Shown piece after piece: positions 30,228 through 42,500 of a stretch of DNA of 64,000 nt. A model generated the notes under the pieces. The model saw only the letters and a program-made list of their open reading frames with translations. It was not told the DNA's origin and made no database searches. Position 1 is the first letter of the stretch, and each line of letters opens with the position of its first letter. The position numbers and the translations under genes are program-made. Origin of the DNA: Eledone cirrhosa (lineage: Eukaryota); assembly GCA_964016885.1 (NCBI GenBank), contig OZ024744.1, positions 64,294,001 to 64,358,000 on the forward strand. Direction: 5' to 3'.

Positions 30228-30260
<33 letters not shown>
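26935..30260 (-). mobile_element. Full-length, apparently intact RTE-clade LINE (family A)
   Basis: ~195-bp 5' UTR after a T-run, uninterrupted ORF, (GAT)n tail immediately after the stop. No clear TSD found. Confidence 0.95.
26969..30037 (-). CDS. RTE ORF: APE endonuclease + reverse transcriptase with an inserted C4HC3 PHD-like finger, 1022 aa
   Basis: Endonuclease motifs LNVGTL, VQE, VYAP, GDFNGH, IDF and QHR (variant of SDH). RT motifs AAGPSG, NYRGI, QFGF, FVDLEKAFD, GVHQGSVLSP, LYADD, FRYLG. RTE C-terminal RWYGHV and RGRP. Confidence 0.95.
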   Translation of the reverse strand: MKTSHLRVATLNVGTLRGRSAEIAEMLERRQVDVCCVQEVRWRGASARLVVGKRLSYKLFWVGKDDGLGGVGIFLAEKWINKTIEVVRVSNRIIKLRLVVGRRLLTIISVYAPQAGLGKDEKDCFYEQLLQTTTMTEDGDIVMLAGDFNGHVGQLQDGYTGVHGGHGYGSRNEEGVRLLEFCDASTLTICNTNFQKPANHLITYKSGEHISQIDFLLVRQRDRQIVSNTKAYPGEECTPQHRLVVSDISVSKRWNETYRKVWRRKVWKLKDLSLKFKFRKALQDVYDEKEDDLETYDIDNNWKFLRDNLLKATDETCGWSRAPTRQRVTWWWNSSVDKAIRDKRLAWKAWNKGGSREEYTATKREARRQVYLARREAESRRFANVLRREDQRRAVFHIARQCVNANQDVVGDKCVRDDAGVLSVTNDQKKEAWKCHYERLMNVENEWEREKLPLVDPTEGPAIEIDEYRVQEAIREMKNGKAAGPSGIVAEMLKASGDVGTKLVARIINQAIYDGVIPKDWCSSILINCYKGKGDALERSNYRGIKLIDQVMKVAERILAQLIRERVKLDEMQFGFVPGKSTTDALFLVRQMQERFLEKNKPLYLAFVDLEKAFDRVPRSVIWWSLRKLGVEEWLVRTVQTLYRGTLSKVRVGMEFSEEFQIQVGVHQGSVLSPLLFIIVLQAITEEFKTGCPWELLYADDLALMAESVEELENKFRLWKQQLEARGLRVNLAKTKVLMSRKEDKTLIPSGKWPCSICRKGTGINSIKCTQCRSWVHKRCSGIAGKLTGRENYVCSRCTGKLDSRSRTDRHIFQMREGAIEVVDSFRYLGDQISMGGGCSEAIVSRIRTGWKKFRELLPLLTKKGFSLRTKGRLYDACVRSAMLHGSETWAATAEDMRRLERNEASMLRWMCSVNVRERPSINVLREKLCLRGIECSVRERRLRWYGHVMRMEDDRWVKKCQEMPVEGRRGRGRPRKTWAEVVRTDLRSLKLTVEMTRDRDEWRDAVLNKTRPTLASREKRT

Positions 30261-30262
<2 letters not shown>

Positions 30263-31187
30263 TATTGACACGACTCACACACTAATACTCATGCATACAA
30301 ACCACAACCACACATACCAACACTCATTCATGCATACAATCACGCACACCACTCACAAACATATATATATATACATATATTACCGACAGTACTGATACAA
30401 AATCAAAATCAAAGTCAAAATCGTCAAAATCACTATCATGTCAACTGTTGACCTTTCCCAGTCCAGTTCGGCTTGTATATAATAACAATAACAATAATAA
30501 TTGTTTGTTTACGCTGGTAATGGCGGTGGTGGATGGTGTCAGTGTGGTGGTGGTGTCAGTGTGGTGGTGGTGTCAGTGTGGTGGTGGTGGATGGTATCAG
30601 CGTGGTGGTGGTGGATGGTCAGTGATGGTGGTGGCAGTTGTTGGTGCTGTAGTTGTTATTGTAGTTGTTACTGTTGTTGTCCTTCATTTCACTGCTGCTG
30701 TTGCTGCAGACAATGGTGTTGATGCTGTTATTGCTGTCGCATATATACAAATACATACACACACATTCAACACAGACGATGGTGTTGTTGCTGTTGTTGT
30801 TGTTGTTGGTGTTGCTGCTGTTGTTGTTGTAGTTGTTGCTGTGTTGAAATCTGGTCGCATCCACTGAGATATACATATACACACACATACACATATGTAT
30901 ATACACATACATACATCAAAAGAGAGTCAGCAGTATGTCAACAGGGGACAGGACAGCGATCTTAGAGTAATGTGGTGATGGTGGGGAGCGAGTGTAGGCG
31001 TTATTGTTATTGTGGTGACGGGGGGATCAGTGAGATGTTACAAGTTCATAGATCACAATAATACACACTATTCCAATTAATTAATGAAGAGTTTTGAGTG
31101 ATTTACTAAAAATTATTAATTATTTCATTACAAAGATAGTAACTTAACATATGGCTCTTATATAAAATTATACTGGAAGATATTAAT

Positions 31188-31426
31188 TTAATCCTTTAGC
31201 ATTTACATTACTCTATATTTACTATTATATTTTCATGGTAAACGCTTTACCTCACATAATATCTCACGTAATATCTCACATAATATCAAATCTATGAAAT
31301 TTTGATATTATTTATTTTGAGAACAATACCTTAACATCAGTATAAGTGACCATTACAGCTGGGTTGAAAAGAAAAAGGTAAGAGAATTCTGCCTGGATAT
31401 GGTCAGTTTAAATGCTAATGGCTTAA
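31188..31426. mobile_element. piggyBac-type MITE
   Basis: Family body sequence with degenerate TTAA/CCCTTT ends. Confidence 0.78.
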
Positions 31427-31499
31427 ATTACTACTTTGACGCTAAACTCTGCCAGTTGCAGACTGCGTATCAGCACAAGGTATTTTTCTCCACAAACAG

Positions 31500-32160
31500 C
31501 AGCGTTTAAAGAGCAAAGATCAAGTCCAGTCCAAAGGTTCACATTATCAAGCCATCGTTTTGATGCCGACCTCTGCTTCTCTTACCAGCCAACCTCTGCT
31601 TCTCTTACCAGCCAACCTTCCTTCCAGGCATAACCTACTCACATCATGAGTTGATCTTTTTATATAACTGTATAGTTTGAGAACTCTTGACTTGAAAATT
31701 GATATAGTTGGTCTAAGTTTGGTAATGTTGAGCAGCTCACTGACACATATACGGTCACTGAGCTGCTTGCCAGCCATAAGTCTCATGATGTGGTTCTAGA
31801 ATGTAGAGAGTTTCTGAAGTGACCGTGTCGTCCAATTAACACAGTCAAGACCATATAACACAACTAGTAGGATGTAAGTATCAAAGATCTTAGCCTTCAA
31901 ATGATAGGAAACTCGTTGAAAGCTGCCCAAACCTAGAGCGATGCGATACTGTGCAGCAACCATTCCATTGTTGTTTGATGTAGTTTGTGCCCGAGATATA
32001 CAAACTCCGTAACTCGAGCAATTTGCTGGTTGTAGATTGTGAGTTGGAGATTGGTATTGTTTCTATCAGTTGTCATACATCAGTTGGAGATGTTGATGTG
32101 TAAGCCAGCCTAGAGCGAATGTTTGGCCAGTACATTCTGAAAGTCTTGCAGATCATTAAC
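31500..32160 (-). mobile_element. Old RTE-like LINE C-terminal fragment
   Basis: HIMRLMAGKQLSDRI...LCLEGRLAGKRSRG on the minus strand, heavily decayed. Confidence 0.55.
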
Positions 32161-32339
32161 AGGAAAAGGGGTTAAATTGGATTGCTATCAAGGGTTGGAT
32201 TGCTATTAAAAATCAATAGTTAAGTCAGTTTTAACAGAGTAAATTAAAAAGCTAACTTGAAGTAACTAACAAACTTAAATATTATTTCTCATGCATAATT
32301 TATTTCTTTTTAAAGTTATTTATCCTTGTCTTGCTACAT

Positions 32340-33300
32340 GGTATTGGTGTTGTAACTGATTTAATCACACTTCCTGTCAGACTGCAATCTGCAGTATAGG
32401 ACGAGAAACATTTTTGTTCCTTCTCCTATTAAGGGCCTTCCGTAATGTTTATATCTGTTCTTACTTTATGTCAAGGACTTTCATGATTTTTCTTGCTGAT
32501 CCCATTAAACAATATTTTGCCACTGTATCTCCTCCCAGATTAAAGTCTAACTTTGTAAGTTTTACTTCCAAATTCTATGTTACAGTTCCCAAGGCTCCAA
32601 TGACAATTGACAGGATCAGGACCTTGTCGATTTGTTTATTCCAGTATTTGAGAATTTTGTATTTCAAGTCTGTATAATGGTATCAAATGGACATTCTGTA
32701 TCAACTGCCAGGCTCTCTTCTTCTTATCAACGATCACAATATCTGACTTGTGCAGTATTTTCCTTTCAGTTTGTTGGGAAAAGTCTTTTAGCAACTTCAT
32801 TCTTTTGTTTTCAAGGACCTTATTTCTGTTTCCATAAAATGTTTTTTCGCCTCAATTTCTAGTAGTCTAAATACTTAAATGCTTCATCAGCACTTTCTAT
32901 GTTTCCACTCCTCACCTCCACCATACCACATTTCTCAACATTAAATGTCATCTCAATATCACTATTAAAAACTCATAGAGTCTCTACCAAAGAATCCAAT
33001 TGAGTCATCCATGAAAAAAAGATGATTCATTTCCCTTCTATAATTTCTCAGGTAAAATCTTTTTTTAGCTTTGTTTAGAATAACTAACGAATAACTGAAC
33101 ATGATAGGGGACAGAGTGTCCCTTCGAAAAAATACTCTTCTAAGCCATACAGCTCCTTTTTTAACACCCCTCCTGTTTATCAGAATCAATTCTTCCTCAT
33201 GTAGATGTTGGTGTATCTCTACAGCCATTATTCCTCTTAAGAGTTTCCACATGATGTGTAAATATTTCTGTCATTCAATATGTGGCATCTCTTCCTTTAG
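32340..33300 (-). mobile_element. Decayed R4/NeSL-like (RLE) non-LTR fragment
   Basis: RRDTLSP (degenerate QGDSLSP), NHLFFMDD, EMTFNVEKC, and C-terminal IVIGALG...LMGSARKI. Confidence 0.65.
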
Positions 33301-33404
33301 TTAACCACAATATTGGAAGGGCATCCAAACATAGAAACCAAGCCAAAAAAGGAGTGTATAAACAAAACATAGTCACTTGACAACCTGTCTAACCCATGGA
33401 AATT

Positions 33405-35290
33405 ATCATCATCATCATTTAACATCTATTTTTCAAACCTTACATGGGTTAGATTATGAGACAATTCAGGACAAGTGTATTTTGGCTTTGTTTCAACCAT
33501 TGGATGCCCTTCCTAATGCCAACCACATTGCCGTGTGGACTGGGTGCTTTTTTCATAGCACCAAAATGACCATCTAATAGGATGGATTGGGTGCCTTTTC
33601 ATTGTGTTACCAACATGAACAACTTACAGGGTTGACTGGGTGCTTTTTTTCGTGTCACCAACCCAACTACTTCACAGGGTGGACTGTGTAATTTTTTCTT
33701 GTGCCACCAATATGACCATTAAACAAGATGGACTGGGAGCCTCTTATGTCACCAGTACGACCACCTTACAGAGTTGATTGGGTGTTGCCTCTTGTCATGT
33801 TATCAACACAACCATCTTATAAGGTGAACTGGGTGCTTTTTTATCATGTCACCAGCACAACCACCTCACAGGGTGGACTAGGTGCTTTTTTCTCATGTCA
33901 CTAACACAACCACTATACAAGGTGAACATAGTGTTTTTTTGTGGTAGCAACAGCAATGGGGGAGAGCGGATGTGGAGGGTGCCTAGCTTCCATGCTTGTA
34001 TACATAAGTTGAATAAAAGAGGCGTATCAGGGGTGAGGAAGGTGAGATCTGAAGGAGGGACAAGTATAGGAAGTTGGATAAAGATGAAATGAGTGAGATA
34101 TTTAGCTGGTGAGGAGTGGGTGGGTATTAAGACTAGGAAAGGTGAATGGGGGAGGGGTAGGGAGAAGGTTAGTGCAGACTTGTGTCCTGTACATATTTGT
34201 TTCATCCTGTGCACATGGGAAGGTGGTTTTTCCACAGTACTGCATATTGCCAAAGATCTTGATACAGTGTAATCTCCTTGGATAGGCACAATTGTGAAAG
34301 GTCAGCTATTATCACTTCATCCCAAGCTTTCCTAGGTCTTCCTCTTCTATAGTTTCCATTAACTTTTAGTTCCTACACCATTTTAGTGACATGCAACACA
34401 TATCCATATTACTACCATCTCTTCTTCTGCACACTACATCTGACCCCTCTTAAGCCCAGTTTCTCTCAGTTTATAAACACTTCACTATTCATGCATTCAT
34501 GCACACTACTATTACACCTCCATCAAAGCATGCAAGCTTCATTTCTTTCCAATCTCTATAGGTCCTCTGCACACAGTGCCCAGGTCCCACTACCATGCAG
34601 TATTGCAGTTTATACTGAAGTATCATACAATCTGGCTTTCATTTTGAGGGAAAAACCTTTTGTAGCTAGCAGCACCCACCTCCACTGCTAATTTAATCAC
34701 CCAGGTAACAGAAGCTACCAATTCTTACTGAGCATTTAATAGTTTGTTTTCTGTGAGCTCTTGCCACTTACTGTTCCCATGCATTGACCACATATAACAC
34801 TTACATTCTTTGTTAGTTTGCCTGAGATCTCACTGCATCTCTTGTGTATCCATACTTTGAATTTGGGACTTAGGATGGAATTTCTATCCACACCGTTCCT
34901 GCATACTGAACAAGGCTATTTCCTTGAAGTGATCAGAGCCCTGTTTACTTTTCTACTTAGAAGGACTTTAGTCTTTACTAAAATGACTCTTTTGCTTCAA
35001 ATCTATGCTTCCAGGCCTGGAATTTCCTCTTTAATTCTGCCATAGATTTTGCTATACGAGTTAGATCATCAGTATATAGGAGTTCTCATGGACAACTAGT
35101 CTTAAACTCTTCTGTTATAACCTGGAGGATGATAATACACACGGGAGAGCTAAGAACCAAGCCTTGATGGACTTCTACTTTCACATTAAATTCTTCACTA
35201 TAATCATTGCTGATAGCTCATCTGTACATAGCTTGTACCACCCTCACAAGCCACCCATTTACCATTAGTTTTCTAAGAGCCCACTTGATT
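33405..35290 (-). mobile_element. Decayed RTE LINE 3' half with an expanded ~48-bp 3' UTR repeat
   Basis: RT, PHD-like and C-terminal remnants; about 9 TGGGTGCTTT-type units at 33500-33950; CAT tail. Confidence 0.8.
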
Positions 35291-35539
35291 AGGTGTTGAA
35301 CAGTGGTGATGATGACAATAAATAGTATACCTCCACTGCTTTTACAGGTGCTATCAACACCACAAACACCACAGCAAATGCAAATACAATCAAATTCACA
35401 CTCATACAACTAACAACAGAACCCAAAAGGTAACCACAAATAGCCAACCATTTGCTTTGTCCTTCAATATAAGTCAATGTATATAATTTGCAATATAAAT
35501 CAATTTCTTTCTTTATTTAACTACAGTAGTACATCCACA

Positions 35540-36150
35540 TATGTGACATACACTCATATCAGACATATACTCATATGAAACATATACTAATATGAGATAT
35601 ATACTCATATGAGACATATACTAATATAAAACATATCCTCATATGAGACATATACTCATACAAAACATATCCTCATATAAGATATATCCTCATATGAGAC
35701 ATATACATATAAGATATAACCTCATATGAGACATATACATATATAAGACATATCCTCATATGAGACATACATATGAGACATATACATATAAGATATAACC
35801 TCATATGAGACATATACTCATATAAGGCATATCCTCATATGAGACATACATATGAGACATATACATATAAGATATAACCTCATATGAGACATATACATAT
35901 ATAAGGCATATCCTCATATGAGACATACATATGAGACATATACATATAAGATATAACCTCATATGAGACATATACATATATAAGACATATCCTCATATGA
36001 GACATATACATATGAGACATATACATATAAGATATATCCTCATATGAGACATATACTCATATAAGTTATATACTAATACAGCATATGTCTCATATAAGAC
36101 ATATCCTCATATAAGTCATATACTCATATGAGCATATGTCTCATATAAGA
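35540..36150. repeat. Degenerate 14-18-bp minisatellite (CATATGAGACATATACT)
   Basis: Direct reading. Confidence 0.9.
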
Positions 36151-36663
36151 CACATGCTGTATTGCAATGACTTCATGGAGATTGCTAAACTCCACAGTAA
36201 AACTTGTACAAAATCTGATCTGGCAACTTTCTAATTTCTAGCCCTTTTCAACTGTTTTCATATTTTTGTTTTTACTCCTCCAAATTGAGAGATCACAGCT
36301 CCGATACTATGGACATGTGGTTAGAATGTCTGAGGAAAGAATCACTGGATAGATTTTATGGGAAAAACCAACTGGCAGGAGACCCAGGTTGTAGCCCCTG
36401 AGCAAGATGGTTGGATAACATCCATGAGCTTGGTGGTTTTTCCCATAAAATCTATCCAGTGATTCTTTCCTCAGACATTCTAACCACATGTCCATAGTAT
36501 CGGAGCTGTGATCTCTCAATTTGGAGGAGTAAAAACAAAAATATGAAAACAGTTGAAAAGGGCTAGAAATTAGAAAGTTGCCAGATCAGATTTTGTACAA
36601 GTTTTACTGTGGAGTTTAGCAATCTCCATGAAGTCATTGCAATACAGCATGTGTCTTATATGA
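36141..36663. repeat. 230-bp inverted duplication with a 63-bp spacer
   Basis: 36141-36370 is the reverse complement of 36434-36663; no mismatch noticed by eye. Confidence 0.92.
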
Positions 36664-36745
36664 TGGTGACGCTTAGGGATCTAGCCGGATCAGTTGGAGA
36701 TGGTTGCTTCTGACAGGACCCGCTGGAAGGAGTGTTTGAGGAATA
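36275..36745 (+). mobile_element. RTE-like LINE 3' fragment split by the inverted duplication
   Basis: LQIERSQLRYYGHVVRM...PTGRRPR...RWLDNIHELG, resuming after the duplication as RLGI*PDQLEMVASDRTRWKECL. Confidence 0.75.
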
Positions 36746-36844
36746 AGTGGGTGAAGAAGAGAAAGAAAGGAAGAATGATAGTAAAAACCTTGTTCTTCAG
36801 CATTTACTGTGTGATTTTCCACTTACTTTATCGACTGTGTCTTA

Positions 36845-37062
36845 TGCTTGGTAATATTGGTAGAGTGTCGGACAACCTGCTTCACAGCATAGAGTTATGG
36901 CTCATTACATTCTGAGTTCAAATCCTACTGAAGTTAGCTTTGCCTTTCATCCTTATGGGGTCGATAAAATAAAGTACCAGTAATACACTGGGTTGATATA
37001 ATCGACTTTCCCCTCCTCCTCTTCAAATTACTGGCCCTATGCCTATATCAGAAACCATTATT
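36845..37062 (+). mobile_element. SINE family N
   Basis: B box GAGTTCAAATCC plus the central motif. Confidence 0.78.
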
Positions 37063-37464
37063 ATGCTTGGCATTTATGTCCAAAATCTCTCCCCGAAACA
37101 GTTTGCTTTTTTTCAACATACAGTATATGGTTTTATGATAACCTTTCTCTCATTTCCTTCAAGAATATCAAATAACTGTTTCTGGTTGTTTGAAAAAGGC
37201 AAACAACAAAAGATTAATGAACCACATAATCAACACAAAACACATAATTACACAAAATTACTACATCACACCACAAAATAAAATACAAACAAATAAATAT
37301 CTGGATGGAATTGGAGATTTTTGAGGGATAATCAATAAAGGAATTTATATAGACTTACACATGCAGTTACCAACAACCAGCTAGAAGGATGGATTATCTG
37401 TCCTTCCTACAGGAATGAGGTAAATGGTCCTTCTCACTTTTACATTCTTTCTTCAACATAGACT

Positions 37465-39200
37465 TACTTAGAATTGGCAGTGTGAATACATGTGGTCTGG
37501 GGTTGCCTTGGAAGCAAGGTCACCTGCTCAACAACTTCAGGTTACTAGATATAGATGTGATGGCCAACAGCAAGACCAGAATTGTTGAGGCATGAACCTT
37601 TGGCAGTTACTAGGTGTATTCATTTCCAAGTCAACTGGGATCAGGAAGCAGAGTCACTGTGTTGTTTCAGAAAGGCTTGGATCTTGTGATACGGACCATC
37701 TTCCTGGATCTGGAAGGTAAGACAGTGGTGTTGAAATATGTCAACAGAGAAGATTATGCCTTTACATGAGTAGCCACCTACAAACCCAATAGAGGCAGGG
37801 TGGCCAGATTTCTTCAGGTGTCTAGAGGCCTTCCTATGAAGGTCCCACTCTTCAGTATTGGTGGGAGATTCAAATGGCATCTCAGATGCACACCTTGACC
37901 GTGTGGAATTAGTTGATAGGAGAGTGAAGTGCAAAGGCCTTGCAAACCTGTTCGGATGTTTCCAACTGTCTGACAGGTACCAACCAGATTTTCTAAATGT
38001 GCTAATGTGGACATGGATAAATTACATCAGATCATCTAGATCAGGGGTTCTCAACCTTTTTTTCACTGTGGACCACCAAAATAAGTAATTTTTTCCTGTG
38101 GACCACCTAAACTTTTAAATCTTTTGTAATAGAACTGCTACTTATAAGCATCAGTAGATGTTTTTTTTCAATGAATTATAAAATGCTATTATCATGTCGC
38201 AGTGCCTAAAAATCTACGCAAACAAACAGCTGAAGTACTTATGTGAAGAATAAGAACAGCGCTTTAAGTCAAATGCATGGATCAAAAAATAATTTGCTAT
38301 TGAAAATTTTCTGTGGACCACCTGAATTTTCCTGTGGACCACTAGTGGTCCACATGGACCAGGTTGAGAACCCCTGATCTAGATCATACCTAGACATGAT
38401 AGTAGATAGGTAGGGATAGCAGAGGGTGTCCATAATTTAAAGTGGTCGACTACACAAACTACAAATTTGTGATCTGTACAGTCAACCTACATAGGTTTCA
38501 TAGACAAGGATCCAGTTACCGGAAGTTGAATGTGTTGTTCCTGATGCATAAAGCTTACAGAGATTGAATTAGCAAATAGGTTCAGTAGGTATTAACTAGA
38601 GCAATCATCAACAATAAATGGTGGCTCACTCTGAAAATCAATAAATATAGAGAAAACTAAATTAGAGGGAGAACTAGTTGGAAACTTAGAAGATTTTAGG
38701 AAAGGCATCATGACCAACGTGCATGCAGCTGCATTGTCAGAGCTAAGGCACATGGGTCCAAGTGGCAGAAATGCAGCATGATAAAGCCACAATTTGGTCT
38801 TTGATAGACCACGATGAGTGTATGCTACTCAATTCTATACATATGTATGCAGATTTTAAGCAAAATTTTCTTCAATTGTTCAGAATGAGTTGCAGGCTAG
38901 ATTGCAGGTTGGATATTAGTACCTTCCTTGATGGCCTTCTGTGACTCTCAACAATGGAGGTGGAATGTTGGGAAAAGTGAATAACAGCCACTGGAATATG
39001 GGTAGGACTCTCATCAACTTAGATCAATGAAAAGTTTCCAAGAGGGTCAATTATCGGTACTTGGTGACTGTATTCAATATAGCCAATTTTGGTTGCATCT
39101 TCAGGGAAAGGTTAGCTGCAATATACAGTGACATCTGTTTGGTGGTCAGAGTAAACGGCTACATATCAGAGATCTTTAGTGTCATGCACTTGGTTCATCA
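37465..39200 (+). mobile_element. Decayed Tx1/L1-like LINE (endonuclease to RT remnants)
   Basis: IGSVNTCGL, LVGDSNGISDAHLDR, SRSYLD (split by a hAT MITE), LINLDQ*KVSKRV, VRVNGYISE. Confidence 0.65.
38042..38376. mobile_element. hAT (Charlie-like) MITE, 335 bp
   Basis: Perfect TIR CAGGGGTTCTCAACCT; 8-bp TSD ATCTAGAT at 38034-38041 and 38377-38384; subterminal GTGGACCAC repeats. Confidence 0.92.
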
Positions 39201-39536
39201 GAAATCTTGCCTGTTGAAACAATGTTTCAACAATATGTTTTACTTTGCTCCAAAAGTAGATCTCAATTTGTTGATATTTAAATCTGTTTTGGATTCTGAA
39301 AATATCCTCTTTTGTATTTTGCGATTTAAGGAAACAACCCCTTTTGTAGGCGCCAGTTAGATTTATTCCCTTCTGTCTTTAGGGGCAGAAATTACAAAAA
39401 CATCTGTGAAATTTCAAACAACAAAAAAAAAAAATATGACTTCGAAAATGTTTTCATCCTCTCTAACATTTGTTCTTCTTCGATGTCGCAAAATGCATGT
39501 GCAAATGTCATTACTGCCACCACCACACTCAATAAG

Positions 39537-42500
39537 TTGACCCTTTAGCATTTAAACCGTCCGTATATGGCCAGAATTCTTACACCTTTTCTGTTCAAAC
39601 CCGCTGTAACCGACTGTTCATACTTATGTTAAGGTTTTGTTCTCAAAATAAATAATATCAAAATCTCGTAGATTTGATATTATGTGAGATAATTATGTGA
39701 GGTAAAGCCTTTACCATGAAAATATAATAGTATATATAGAGTAATGTGAATGTTATGTGAGGTAAAGCCTTTACCATGAAAATATAATAGTATATATATA
39801 TAGTAATGTGAATGTTATGTGAGGTAAAGCCTTTACCATGAAAATATTATAGTATATATAGAGTAATGTGAATGTTATGTGAGGTAAAGCTTTTACCATG
39901 AAAATATAATAGTATATATAGAGTAATGTGAATGTTATGTGAGGTAAAGTCTTTACCATGAAAATATAATAGTATATATAGAGTAATGTGAATGTTATGT
40001 GAGGTAAAGCCTTTACCATGAAAATATAATAGTATATATAGAGTAATGTGAATGTTATGTGAGGTAAAGTCTTTACCATGAAAATATAATAGTATATATA
40101 GAGTAATGTGAATGTTATGTGAGGTAAAGCTTTTACCATGAAAATATAATAGTATATATAGAGTAATGTAAATGTTATGTGAGGTAAAGCCTTTACCATG
40201 AAAATATAATAGTATATATAGAGTAATGTGAATGTTATGTGAGGTAAAGTCTTTACCATGAAAATATAATAGTATATATAGAGTAATGTGAATGTTATGT
40301 GAGGTAAAGCCTTTACCATGAAAATATAATAGTATATATAGAGTAATGTGAATGTTATGTGAGGTAAAGCCTTTACCATGAAAATATAATAGTATATATA
40401 GAGTAATGTGAATGTTATGTGAGGTAAAGTCTTTACCATGAAAATATAATAGTATATATAGAGTAATGTGAATGTTATGTGAGGTAAAGCCTTTACCATG
40501 AAAATATAATAGTATATATAGAGTAATGTGAATGTTATGTGAGGTAAAGTCTTTACCATGAAAATATAATAGTATATATAGAGTAATGTGAATGTTATGT
40601 GAGGTAAAGCTTTTACCATGAAAATATAATAGTATATATAGAGTAATGTAAATGTTATGTGAGGTAAAGCCTTTACCATGAAAATATAATAGTATATATA
40701 GAGTAATGTGAATGTTATGTGAGGTAAAGTCTTTACCATGAAAATATAATAGTATATATAGAGTAATGTGAATGTTATGTGAGGTAAAGCCTTTACCATG
40801 AAAATATAATAGTATATATAGAGTAATGTGAATGTTATGTGAGGTAAAGTCTTTACCATGAAAATATAATAGTATATATAGAGTAATGTGAATGTTATGT
40901 GAGGTAAAGCTTTTACCATGAAAATATAATAGTATATATAGAGTAATGTAAATGTTATGTGAGGTAAAGCCTTTACCATGAAAATATAATAGTATATATA
41001 GAGTAATGTGAATGTTATGTGAGGTAAAGCCTTTACCATGAAAATATAATAGTATATATAGAGTAATGTGAATGTTATGTGAGGTAAAGCCTTTACCATG
41101 AAAATATAATAGTATATATATAGTAATGTGAATGTTATATGAGGTAAAGTCTTTACCATGAAAATATAATAGTATATATAGAGTAATGTGAATGTTATGT
41201 GAGGTAAAGCCTTTACCATGAAAATATAATAGTATATATAGAGTAATGTGAATGTTATGTGAGGTAAAGCCTTTACCATGAAAACATAATAGTATATATA
41301 TAGTAATGTGAATGTTATGTGAGGTAAAGCCTTTACCATGAAAACATAATAGTATATATATAGTAATGTGAATGTTATGTGAGGTAAAGCCTTTACCATG
41401 AAAACATAATAGTATATATATAGTAATGTGAATGTTATGTGAGGTAAAGTCTTTACCATGAAAATATAATAGTATATATATAGTAATGTGAATGTTATGT
41501 GAGGTAAAGCCTTTACCATGAAAATATAATAGTATATATAGAGTAATGTGAATGTTATGTGAGGTAAAGCCTTTACCATGAAAATATAATAGTATATATA
41601 GAGTAATGTGAATGTTATGTGAGGTAAAGCCTTTACCATGAAAATATAATAGTATATATAGAGTAATGTAAATGTTATGTGAGGTAAAGCCTTTACCATG
41701 AAAATATAATAGTATATATAGAGTAATGTGAATGTTATGTGAGGTAAAGTCTTTACCATGAAAATATAATAGTATATATATAGTAATGTGAATGTTATGT
41801 GAGGTAAAGCCTTTACCATGAAAATATAATAGTATATATAGAGTAATGTGAATGTTATGTGAGGTAAAGCCTTTACCATGAAAATATAATAGTATATATA
41901 GAGTAATGTGAATGTTATGTGAGGTAAAGTCTTTACCATGAAAATATAATAGTATATATATAGTAATGTGAATGTTATGTGAGGTAAAGTCTTTACCATG
42001 AAAATATAATAGTATATATATAGTAATGTGAATGTTATGTGAGGTAAAGCCTTTACCATGAAAATATAATAGTATATATATAGTAATGTGAATGTTATGT
42101 GAGGTAAAGCCTTTACCATGAAAATATAATAGTATATATAGAGTAATGTGAATGTTATGTGAGGTAAAGCCTTTACCATGAAAATATAATAGTATATATA
42201 TAGTAATGTGAATGTTATATGAGGTAAAGTCTTTACCATGAAAATATAATAGTATATATAGAGTAATGTGAATGTTATGTGAGGTAAAGCCTTTACCATG
42301 AAAATATAATAGTATATATAGAGTAATGTGAATGTTATGTGAGGTAAAGCCTTTACCATGAAAACATAATAGTATATATATAGTAATGTGAATGTTATGT
42401 GAGGTAAAGCCTTTACCATGAAAACATAATAGTATATATATAGTAATGTGAATGTTATGTGAGGTAAAGTCTTTACCATGAAAATATAATAGTATATATA

